DNA of 64,000 nucleotides from Balanoglossus misakiensis (Eukaryota > Animalia > Hemichordata), in assembly GCA_040954595.2 (NCBI GenBank), contig CM082598.2, positions 1,488,001 to 1,552,000 of the forward strand. The letters are read 5' to 3'. Every line of letters starts with the position of its first letter. Within the stretch, counting starts at the first letter, position 1. The translations under genes and the position numbers were made by a program. Positions 29,311 to 43,348 of this stretch are shown in pieces. Below the pieces are notes generated by a model, which was given only the letters and a program-made list of their open reading frames with translations, did no database searches and had not been told where the DNA came from.

Positions 29311-30804
29311 TCCATGATCAACTGTAGCCTAGCTAGGGGTCCCTTCTTGAAAGTTACCTCGTGTGACCTTTTGACCTAACGCAATGTACATATAATATGA
29401 AGAAGACTCTTAAGTCTGTCTTTTTGGAGTTTTATCCAAGAAATTTGCATTTGAATTTATACTAAAAGTTCGATTGGAGGGTTTTCAACAAAACTGAGAC
29501 TGCACAGCCGCCCGGCACAGCCGAGTGCGATATAGACGTGATATCGCAGTGTAACTTTCAATTCCCAAGAGTCTGATTGCTTGTACGTAAACTGTATCAA
29601 ATTCAACGTTAAACCTAATTTGCTACAAGTTTGCTATGGGAAGCTGTTTAATAAAACAATGCGAAGACGATTTGGCAATCGATGCCATTTGCAACTTTAT
29701 CCGCAAATCACTGAAATCAACACATGTATTCAGTTTTGGGCCAAAAGCACACAGGGACGGTAACTTCTATAGTAAACTTACCATGTGTGTCTCTTCTGTG
29801 TTCGAAACATCCATCCCGTGCTTTACTTCAATTGGTATGTCTCTAAATGATGACTGCGGAAAGAATTGAACAATTATGACTAAACAGAACAGTAGCAACA
29901 GAATTTGCATGGTTACACGTTTTCAGCAGATATGCCTTGTTCTTTTATCTGTAAATGACTATAACTTTCGATTTTCTGTGCATATTGCAGTATATTTCTA
30001 TGGCAAATAAAATCACATTCATACACACTCGCTCCTTATTTTCCTTTTACTCCTGGTTATGGCCCTTACCTAAAATGGGGAAACGAATTTCTCTAATAGT
30101 TTTTCTCGTCACGTCAGTCAACGGATGCTGTTTGCGTGTCTTGACGATCTTCCGTGGTATTTTTAGCTCGGTACTATCTATGCACTCTGTTGAGTTGAGT
30201 TATGCCTGGCCAGACACAGACAAAAAAATGGCGATGGGGTTATCAAGAGATGCACTTGCTGACCAGAGACGTTTTCTACCTCTCTCTCTTTGCTTGCCTA
30301 ATTCGCCAAGCTTATTTCGCACAATACGCAAGGAAAGGCACCGTATACATAATACTTACATCAAAATCTGAAACATCAATGTTTTGTACGTGTTTTGCCG
30401 GATCATAAACAAGATGGTATCTACACTTTGTAAAGGTAAACAGAACCTCGTGTGTCTAGTCTAGTAAGGTTGTTTTTGATTAGTCAGTTCCTTTGTAACG
30501 TCACTCTTTACAGGAGTTCAACAGGTGTGCAGTGCCCAGCTTATGATCTAAGGGTAGGCGCCGTACATTGGCCGGTGAAGAGACTATGCAAAATAATATT
30601 GGCGCAGTCCTGAAACATGTCTGCATCCAGCGGACTTTATAACAATGAATGATGCTCTTTCAATTCACACGGGTAATCCGTTTCATAAGGATGTCCTTAC
30701 CTTTAGAAAGAAGATTTCATTCTTCAGTTTTGAGGGATCCCGTTGCTTTTGCTAAATCTGCAGCAATAGCGTGCATCTTTTACACTGACCTGTGTTAAAA
30801 TGTG

Positions 30805-31065
30805 GATAAATACATCACCAGTAAACAAATGTGGCGTACTGTCTCACTTCTTCACAGCCAGGCTATGTTTATTTCGGTCAGGGGCGTCGACCTTTGGGAG
30901 ACTACGCAAGCCGATGCGACCTTGCCAAGCCAAAAGATGACAATCTCATCTCACAATTCAGTTGTCAGCACAAACTACTATGCATGGACAACCTTTACTT
31001 GTCGCCTGCTCGCCATGCGATGCTAAATCACAGGGGTAGATCCGCAAGTTGGGATGTGCACACAT
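30805..31065 (+). pseudogene. Decayed piggyBac transposase fragment
   Basis: Collinear frameshifted motifs KYITSK..KCGV, YCLTSSQPGYVY, HKLLCMDNLYLSP (MDNLYLSP at 30984-31007) and L..RG..A(V)G resemble the piggyBac motifs YIPxKPxKxG, GY and lxmDNxYtS..GT. Confidence 0.5.
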
Positions 31066-32049
31066 CCTATGTTTACCTCATATATTACATTTGACTCAAC
31101 CACGTGCATCACGCAACTGGGTATTCAACATGACATCATGAAAATAGCACAAAACGGTCCCCTGGGTCTGAAACTAACCTTAAACCTATATTCTCTCAAC
31201 ATCCATTGGTCGCTTGCTACCCCAAACTAAGAAATTGTGCAAATTTTCAGCCATAATGCGTGGAACCGGGCGGCTATGCAGCAGACGAAAAATTCAGACG
31301 GCATGACGTATAGCATGCGCGCGCATACCATGTTTATTTACCTGTACATAACGCGCGCCTGCAAATACGCGCGCGTACGTAAACAACAATCACTAGGGGA
31401 CCGCAAACGACGTAAAATTCCAAAATTACAAACTGAAGCCAGTTACATGCTTGCAGTTATTATTGGCTTTGAACTTGCGCGAGAAAAAAAACCGAAAGCA
31501 TAAATTACAGCGCCACCATGAGGCCAACAAAAAAGGCTGAGAATTCCACGTTTTCAGTGTCCCCTCTGTTTTTTGTATCAATGGTATCTGACACTATTCA
31601 TGCTGTTTGGTTCCATGGCTAAAACATCCCATGAAATCATGAAATTCAATGAGATTCCCACAGGCTAATGTATGAGGGAGGGGTGGGGGGTATGCATTAG
31701 TACAATTACACACAGACACAGTATCATAGTTTAGAACGATGTACTTTGTTTCATTCTGTGTTTCAAACCTATTACAAGTGTCTACAATACAATTTGGGAT
31801 CAACTGACATTCACATCTTCTCCTCCAATCACAGAAAGGGTTGTACCACTATCAAAATAGGGGTGGCTTTAGGCACAGTGCGGAAGAAAGGCAGAAGGCC
31901 AGGAAACTTTCCATGCAGTAATTTTGTAAAATAACATCACTTGTAGCAATTCTTGCTATAATTTGTATGTGAAACTTTTGTACAACAACACAAGGCTAAC
32001 TTCTGTGCCATGGTCATCTTAGTATTATGTAGAATATAAATACAAATCA

Positions 32050-32127
32050 TAGTTCTACTCTATAGTGGTCAAATCTCTCCATAGAAAACAATACCTTTGG
32101 ACTGAACCATTGTGGTGAAAGGGTTAA
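32050..32127 (+). mobile_element. Family C mini-MITE (~85 bp, piggyBac-like CCC..GGG ends, TTAA), partial
   Basis: ..TTTGGACTGAACCATTGTGGTGAAAGGG-TTAA, shared with copies at 37321, 46193, 48990 and 49271. Confidence 0.6.
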
Positions 32128-34459
32128 CCGAGCCTATAGACACAAACTTCTAACCTGCTACAATTTCTCTCTTCAGATATGACTACTGGTAGTATCGAAA
32201 CAAACGAAACCCAACTTAATGATCTTGACAATAAAAGATTATAATGGTTCAATGGCAAACACAGGCTCATTGAAATGTAAATAAACAATGATGAGACGAC
32301 AGGGTACTGCCAGCCTAGGTGTAGACTGAAGGTCTGAAAATTTGCAGTTTCCAGATGATATAGCTTCTCTGAAAATTTGCACTTTCTGTTACAACTGTCA
32401 CAGCTCCGTACAAAAACTGGGCATTGTCACAATGATCTACACCTGATCTGTCTCTCAGCCGAGCCAGAGTTACTCTATCTCTGTCATCTACTTTGTCCAA
32501 CTTTGACAAACACAAATTTGAATTTCCATAACTAACTTACTAGATCTTAAGTTACATATCAGACATCACGTTAGAATATTTGTCAAGTTTTATTCTTTTT
32601 CGAAACACGTTTCAGAATTTTCCACACGTTTCATTCCCAGCGACACACTTCTCATTTCCGAATGGCTTCATGAGATTTACAACTTATTTACAAGAAAAAC
32701 TACAACAGTAAACATCAGCTGATCCAGTCAAGCTACTCTATAAACCTCATGTTTAAATCTATTACTATTACTTACCCTTTTTTTCATATAAAACAGTACA
32801 AGTTAGATAATATAAATAATTTGCATATTGTTAGTCTTCTGAAATGTTTCAAGGATCATAAATATAGTCAGGTTCTGTCATACAACTGCATGTTAAAAGG
32901 GTTGCAAATAAAGCTACATCGAGATTCTACAATTCATGAGGAAATACTGAGCTGCTACTTGCAGTTTTTTCGGCCTCAACCCTGAATAGCGCCCATATGC
33001 AACAAGATATGATTTTAGTTTGGAGCTTTTTTCCTATCATGTGCCAATATTTGTACAGATTTTTTTACAGTTTTATCTTGTTTGATTTCAGCCAAACATC
33101 AACCTGTATTTTATGCAGAAAGTGATCTGACTGGTGGTTTAAACTCATATTTTCATTGACAGGCAATACATAACATACAAGGCAATGCTGTGGTTTGTAT
33201 GTGATGTTTGTCCCGCTTTCTTGAATTATGACAATTAACAATTCAGTATAACCTGAACGAGCACTCTGCAATTTAAAGATTTCAGATTGTGAAACCTCGC
33301 TACATCTTGCTGGTAGAAGAAAAAAATTAAAAACAACTGTTGCAGCATTGTGAACTTCTAATGCATACATTGGTATAAACTGACCGCTATGGATTGCATT
33401 GCAAAACCAATTAAGAAACAACCCCAATGCTGAGAAGTGTGTCCTCCAAACAAGCCTGATTTTTCAAATACTTTGAGCCAGTAGAGAATTTCCCGAAACT
33501 TATTTGTGGCAGCCCACTACCTTTACAGTATTATGGCTATTTTTTGCATCACCAGCGACTCTGCTGAGAAAGAGGCATGGCATTTTGGCTTAGAGGGCAC
33601 ACTGCTGCTACCACTGTTTTCCAAAAGAGATCGAGTTGATAAAATACAGAAATGCTCTTCATCCATAATAATCCTGCACAAAGGGCAGAAATCAAGCATT
33701 TGAGGCAACGACAAGAACCTGAACAGCCTTACACAGCTGATGCATATGTACAAAGTTTCTTCTTCTGTTTATTTTTTTTTATATAAATAATGTAAACCAC
33801 ACCCAAAATATCAAGATGATGTTTTTTCCCTATGTATGTCAATGGTTTTATATGGTCAATGATTCCTCTGGTGTTTCATTGTGCTCTGCTATGCAAGCTG
33901 GGAATGATCTGAAACCATCTTAAAACAAAATTGTCCATGGTTGGTCGATTTCATGACATTATATACTTGTCAAACCAATAGGCAAATTTGTACCATCCAG
34001 CATGCTGCATGGCAGACCCACACAGTAGTTCAAATTAATCAACTTTTTTGCATGAAAACGTAACAAGTGTGAATGCAAGGTCTTGGCAGTGCATGGAAAT
34101 GAAACATCATAGGATCACTGTTGATTATTGCCCCTCTACGTACTCTGTACAAACCCTGATGATGTTACTCATGTGGGTTAGACTATGTACTGAAAAACAG
34201 GGGTGACTGTCTGATATAGTCGACTATAAGTTCCATTAGTGTGACCTAGCTTCTAACATATTACTGCTGTGTTGGTCAACTAATTTTTTAGTTTCGAAAT
34301 GAAACTCTCAATACTGATGTGAAACAGGGATGTGATCATCCCTGTTTTGCTGATGCCCCTCTGCGAGGTGTCTTAGCACCCCTGTAATGTCTTAATGGAA
34401 TGACCCATCGAAAAAAAATGCTTGGAATATACCACGTGAAGGACTGTGGCAGGGGGGTT

Positions 34460-37512
<3,053 letters not shown>

Positions 37513-37596
37513 TGTGTTTCTCTCTTTCTAAATCTGCAAACAAATATAACAGAACAAACATAGCATTAGTCATACCACTGGATCAATTGTGATGTA

Positions 37597-37697
37597 CAGT
37601 AAAACCTGTCTAACGGGGACTTTCCTAAACTGGCTTTTATGGACAGGTGGCCTTTATAGACAGGTCAATTATGTTAACTGCACAGGGACTGTAACAA
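37597..37697 (+). mobile_element. Family B-related MITE, left part
   Basis: TA-CAGTAAAACCTGTCTAA is identical to the TIR at 23113; the interior matches the 35470 copy. Confidence 0.65.
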
Positions 37698-39364
37698 TCA
37701 CTAAATTAAAGTTCATACATACTGTAGCCGTGGAGATGATACATGATGGCAAAAACAAGTCAATGAAGAAATGACCGACTCTGAACCAGAACCGTCAAGG
37801 GTACGCATGCATGCAAATACTTAATTTAAATACAAAGCCTTTCTAATCAGATTCATTGCATTCCTGAGGCTTTGACCTACATTGTTATTGTATTGTAGTA
37901 TTACAATGTACTGTGTACACACGGACATCATGTTGAGTGGAAATGAAGCTAAACACTGTCCACTGCTTTGCTCCCATGGATTTCAATGGTAAGAGCAGCG
38001 GGGAAGTGTGAATTACTAAAACCGCATCCTTTTTCATTGTTTGTCTCGTGATTCAATGCTGATTTCCTCAGCAATGGTTTTCCTATCAGCTCATCTTCTC
38101 ACTCAGGACTGGAGCTTGCAAATTGATTATCAACTGTTTTGTTTTGCATACCCATCAAGTGGGTAAACAAAGAGGTTTCACAAACAACAACAGTCAAAGA
38201 AGATTGGCACTGTGTACATCCACAGTGGGTCAAGGCCAGCCCAGCAGTATAGGTATTGTTAATGAGGTTTGACACGTACACACAGACAGTGATACATCCT
38301 ATGCCCTACTTACATACAAGGAAGTGAAGTGTGCTCTCTTTGACTGTTGTTGTAAAATTGTTTGTCACTAGGGCTGTAATGTTTTGGTATTTGTAGTTTG
38401 GGGCATCACAGCCCAGTGGCCAGAACAGTGGACTTCAATATTTTCTGTCATGTTTAATCATAGAAATAAAAATTGTGGAAGTATGCATGAACATGATTTA
38501 CAGTAATAGGCATGTAGGTTAGGACTGTATTAGTGGAGAACTTCAAAGGTTTCCAAACACACAAAGTATGCAGGCTAGATAGAAATGCACAAAATGTTCC
38601 TTGCCTTAGAAGGAAATGTTGGTCATGGACATGATCAGTGACCTCACAGTATTTCAAATACAAGGACATGATAAATGATTGTGTGCATTGACCTTGTCAC
38701 TCATTGGACAAGATCTTGCATATTTTTATTCCATGTCATTACGCTGTTTTGCAACAATGCTGACTCAACGTGGAGTGATAACCTGATTAGTCTATATCGC
38801 TGGGGTCATGTTCTTTATCATTAGAACAGAGATTTCGATCTTTTCGCACATAAGTGCTACAATCTGCATGTGAACTATATAAGAGCTGGGAGGTATTTTC
38901 GATGACGACACAAATATATTTTTACTGCTATGCCCAGCTTCCAGTGTCCGTCTGCCAAGACGTCACATCGGCCAAGCATGATTGTGTTTACGCTATAAAC
39001 GTCACGTATATATTATTACTCACTGAGTTATCATCGATGAATTTGAAGGTGATATCGGGTCGTGTTTTTACACAACCGAAGACACAGACTGGTTAGCGTT
39101 GAATCTTTCTGGTTACCGTAGGAGAAACTTTTCATAGCATAGGTTCATCGGAATTGGATAACGACGATAGTAATCGACATCCCCCGAATCATGCACCATG
39201 TACATTACAATCTGGGCTACCGTACTGCGACGTAATATCTACTGCACACCCCCAAAACACGTCAAAATACCAATATTGCCAGACGACTGACGGTCGATTC
39301 AATGGTCTGTTAGACCCTACAGATACCACATTACCTCTACGTGATATTAAAATCAAATACTTAC

Positions 39365-39452
39365 GAACACTTCAAATTTCTGAAACGAATTCTCGCGACA
39401 CTGGTCACGGTGACGCCATCTTGGATACCTCTGGCGCGATGCTTTGTGGGAT
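39365..39452 (-). promoter_or_regulatory. Putative BTBD10 promoter and first non-coding exon (YY1-type CAAGATGGCG, ZNF143-like TCCCACAAAGC)
   Basis: Minus-strand donor TTC|GTAAGT (exon end 39365). CAAGATGGCG at 39423-39414 opens the uORF MASP*. TCCCACAAAGC lies just upstream. CpG-richer surroundings. Confidence 0.5.
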
Positions 39453-40215
39453 AGGGACTGTGTCGGTAAGTTTCGGATTAGTTCCCGAAGACCCGAAGTG
39501 ACAGGCGTGTCCCTGGGCCAAATGCATTAAAACGCCTTACATCTATACACAGTCCATCGTGGTATAACTGGTCTCATCTTAAGGCCTAATATCCACAACA
39601 AGGAAGGGAAGTCAAAAGCTTTGCTGATGATAAAATAGTATGATTGATAAACATCAAAATGCTAAGGATAAGAAACTGGACTCAAACCGAAATGTACTAA
39701 ACTGAGGTACATTATTTGAAAACTCTTATTATAACCAGTAAAATTGGAACTCAGTCATTGCCAAACTCAACGAAACATCTTTAATGTCTTCATGTGCAAT
39801 TTATGTCCTGTGAGAAATCTAAGTTATGCGCAGTGTCGGTACGTCACCCCTGGGCCTGTTTCTAAGTTATGACACCATGACAGCTCTCAGTGATAAGTTG
39901 CGACAACGCACGCACGTAGGCACTTGCAGGACCGGCCCAAATCTCGGGTAAATGAATTCTGGGGCCGGTCTATGATACCGCAAACAATAGCAAGATAAAT
40001 GTAGTATAGCAAACTGGTTTGCATACATTGACATATCTATCTACGAACAATTCGTTTTTCTGATCGCTCCATACCTGTCTCCGGGCAACGGGACAATGAC
40101 GACAAAGGCCGGGCAATGAGCGTGGGCTTCTAACGGGGATGACGGGGTCAGAGGGTTTAACATTGTTCAAATACTTGTGTGTGCGACTAAAGCATTGTAT
40201 ATCTGCGGGTCCATG

Positions 40216-40417
40216 TATATAGGCGACCGCGTGGGAAGGGCATACGCACCTATGTCTTAAAACCCGGCCGTCGCGTCACTGAGTCCTGATAATTGCAATT
40301 ACACGCTCGGCTTTGTCTCGACTATCATGGACGGACGCGCATCCAGCTGAAATATCGCGGATATGCCGATTAGGCCTAAATCTTATCGGTGACACAGCTG
40401 AGGAAAATAGGCCACAG
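40216..40417 (+). promoter_or_regulatory. Putative promoter and 5' non-coding exon of the deaminase-like gene
   Basis: CpG-rich stretch with TATATAG near 40217, consensus donor CAG|GTAAGT at 40418 and a matching strong acceptor TTTCTCTTTTTCTGTAG at 41545-41561. Confidence 0.45.
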
Positions 40418-41617
40418 GTAAGTTACTAAGCACAACAGTTTACAATAGATTTCGTCTGCCTCTGTAACCAGTGACTTCGTGACACAGTGCAAATCTTCTA
40501 GTGGTAGGCCTATACCACAGACTGACCCTCCGGACAAACTGTCACTGAAATACTCCGAATCCTGTATATTGTTTGCAAACTGAACAAACTGTACAGCGGC
40601 AACACAACTTTAATCTACTTTGGGCAGTGTAAAAAGCGTCTAATCGCTCTGCACGGTTGACAACTGTCGCTGACAGTCAATTTACCGTCTCTCCATATTA
40701 TATTCTCTACGTACAGCAGAATTTGGCCACAAGCCAAGATGTATTTCTACGTTTTTTAGCGACAACCTGGTGAATCCCTGAAGTTATAACACAAATCTTG
40801 ACTTATGCTGCCTGCCCTGGTCTCCACCGCGCCATTGGGCCAAAACCACGTCTTGTTGAATAAGCCAAGTATTAATTTTCCTGTGCAAACCCAGCCATAT
40901 CAAATTAACTCTGGGAAGAAAGGTTATTGTTAAACAGCAATTATTTAATCGGTATGTTTACCCGTAACGTAAAGTCCAAATCCCTTTGTGTCCGCGCAAT
41001 CAGAACACAGCTTTACAATTGTTCAAGCAACGACCACTGTTACTTTTTTCAGACCGCGAGATATTTCAGTAATTTGTGGGATTCAATTATGTTCTCGACG
41101 GCCAAAGTGGAAGACGCAGTCGCGCCAAGACGAACGTTTATCAAGGGCGCTGTTATATTGACACGCATAATGTTCTTTCCATGGCGAGGATCGAGTGGAC
41201 TCAGCTATGCATTGAAACTTTGTCACGAAACATGTCAGAACATGTTTTGTTTGGAGCATATTCAATACGTTTTCTCTATGTCGATTGATTTCATTGTTTG
41301 CAGTCACATTATACGACCCCGTTTATTTCTTTGGTGGCCATATCTAGCATTGCAGATTAGTCAAAGTTCAATCCTTGAAAAAAAATACTTTACTACGAGC
41401 ACACGCAAAAAGTTATTACATGCGTTTGGCTGACACACAGAGAGAGAGAGGGGGTGGGGGTGTGATTTCAACCAAATAGAACGTTTGACGGAGCGGGGAC
41501 AAAATTTAAAAGACAAAAAGTTAAATGCGAACCACTTATACCAATTTCTCTTTTTCTGTAGTGAAAAAACACAGACTTTCTGCCCAGATAATTAAAGACT
41601 CCCATCCGTCCGACAAG

Positions 41618-43348
41618 ATGATGCTGCGACAAGCTTCGATATCTTCGGATATCATCGCGTCCGTGAATCCTCAACACCCGGCAGGGGGACACGAATCCGG
41701 CCGCAACATGCGCGTCGTAACCATCGAGAAACCAATCCTGATTTGGAACGGGAATCTTGAGGGTCTCTACTACAGGGCTGAAGATTGCTCAATGGATATG
41801 TATTTGAATAAGTATACTTACATGAAGGGGGATAGGAGAATCTACTCTAAGCGACACATACATGAGGTTCTCCAGGAAATCTGTATAAAAGCCAGGTACA
41901 AATTGGATGACTCCCTCGATATGAAAGAAAGAGGCGATGGTAATCTTTGTGTCGCTGCTTTGGGCGTGATAGCGGAGAAAAGAGCGACGGAGCGGTCAGA
42001 CTCGCAGCTGGTGTATCTGTGCGCTCCCGTTACCATGAAACAGAACGGCGGTCGGAGCATGAAATTAAGCGTCAAATCCGAGCCCGGTCTTGCCCAGAAC
42101 TGCAAAGAAGCAGTGTTCTGCAACAAGCAAGAGTTGGTGGAAATCAGAGACGTGTCTGACGACCCAGAATTCTACTTTGTCGGTCGGGACAGGGCCCTGG
42201 CTACCCGGATTGAGAGGTTGAAACGGCGCATGACGAAAACGCTGATGAACGATGAAGAAGATAAGTCAGGGGAAGATGGAGATGATCTTGCGAGCGAGGA
42301 TCGTGACGATGAACCGGTCGTTTATGAGGAACATCTCTCAGAGAACGAGATTGAAGAAGGAAACTTTCTGACGGACAGTTTCAAATCCATGGCGCTTGAT
42401 GATAGCTGGTACACAAAGAAAGCTATCAAGGATTTTATCAAGCAGTTGCCGAGAACTGAATTCAGAGAATCGGCTGATATCGTCAAAGCGAAGTGCTACG
42501 CAGGGAGATTTAGCGACTCTGGGTTATCTTTCTTCATGGTCAACGGTGAACAGCTGAAACATTTCTACCAGTCTGAACAGTGGTTCTTAGAGGCGTTGAG
42601 GATGAACCCCGACCTGCCAGCCGAACTCCTACGAGAATATAAAATCAATCCGGCGAAATTTGAAATACACGCCATCATGCTTGAGATACACAGCGAACGC
42701 GACATCTGCGGGAATTGTCAAGACCATTTACACAGCTTAATAACCGACAAATCTCCGGACAATGCCATCAGAGGCGGGTTCAAGAGCTCCCTGCAGAGGT
42801 GGGGGTACAGTGTCCACTGCGCTGATCTACAAATCGGTGTGCGCGTGTCTTCACGTATGAGCAACAAGTCGGGTGGCGAGCAACAGAGAGAATGCGGTTG
42901 TCCGGACAAAGTGCCGAGACCGTTCCCTACAGAAGACACGGCAGTGCAAGATCTTATGCAAAATGGCGTCATCCTGGCACATCGGTTTGTACCGATAGCT
43001 TTCTACGACCGACAGGGCAGCAAACTCCCCGCCTGCGCCATGACAGACTGCAAGACCTGCATCAGAGACGAGAAAAACTTTCTGGTGGAGATCGGCAAGA
43101 AACTGCAAGAGATGATCTTGACTTCCGGAGTGACTGAAAACGAAGACGCCGAGGGGGAGAAAACCGTCGTACTGGACGTTCGAGACGATGTACTTGGAAA
43201 CACCAGGCACGCATGCCCATCTTCCACAAACACATTTTGTTCGTACAACTCATTGACGGCCTATGCCAGACTGGATATCAAGACAAAAGTCTGCAAGGGT
43301 GTTAAACTATACCTCACCTCATACACAACAGATAAAGTTAGTCCGTGA
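41618..43348 (+). CDS. Uncharacterised single-coding-exon protein (~576 aa), putative zinc-dependent deaminase-like fold
   Basis: Uninterrupted ORF 41525-43348; the acceptor at 41561 makes ATG 41618 (AAG ATG ATG) the likely start. Motifs GNLCVAAL, HFYQSEQWFLEAL, IMLEIHSERDICGNCQ and LQIGVRVSS. Coding status is well supported; the fold call is inference. Confidence 0.75.
   Translation: MMLRQASISSDIIASVNPQHPAGGHESGRNMRVVTIEKPILIWNGNLEGLYYRAEDCSMDMYLNKYTYMKGDRRIYSKRHIHEVLQEICIKARYKLDDSLDMKERGDGNLCVAALGVIAEKRATERSDSQLVYLCAPVTMKQNGGRSMKLSVKSEPGLAQNCKEAVFCNKQELVEIRDVSDDPEFYFVGRDRALATRIERLKRRMTKTLMNDEEDKSGEDGDDLASEDRDDEPVVYEEHLSENEIEEGNFLTDSFKSMALDDSWYTKKAIKDFIKQLPRTEFRESADIVKAKCYAGRFSDSGLSFFMVNGEQLKHFYQSEQWFLEALRMNPDLPAELLREYKINPAKFEIHAIMLEIHSERDICGNCQDHLHSLITDKSPDNAIRGGFKSSLQRWGYSVHCADLQIGVRVSSRMSNKSGGEQQRECGCPDKVPRPFPTEDTAVQDLMQNGVILAHRFVPIAFYDRQGSKLPACAMTDCKTCIRDEKNFLVEIGKKLQEMILTSGVTENEDAEGEKTVVLDVRDDVLGNTRHACPSSTNTFCSYNSLTAYARLDIKTKVCKGVKLYLTSYTTDKVSP

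Noticed and set aside
41525-41617. First 31 codons of the 607-aa ORF as the true N-terminus
   Set aside because: They overlap a polypyrimidine tract and AG acceptor; ATG 41618 is more plausible.
41525-43348. Long ORF as a transposase, retroelement or viral gene
   Set aside because: No DDE, RT, integrase or recombinase motifs recognised, and no flanking TIR/LTR/TSD seen. GC looks similar to other exons, so composition alone is not evidence of HGT.
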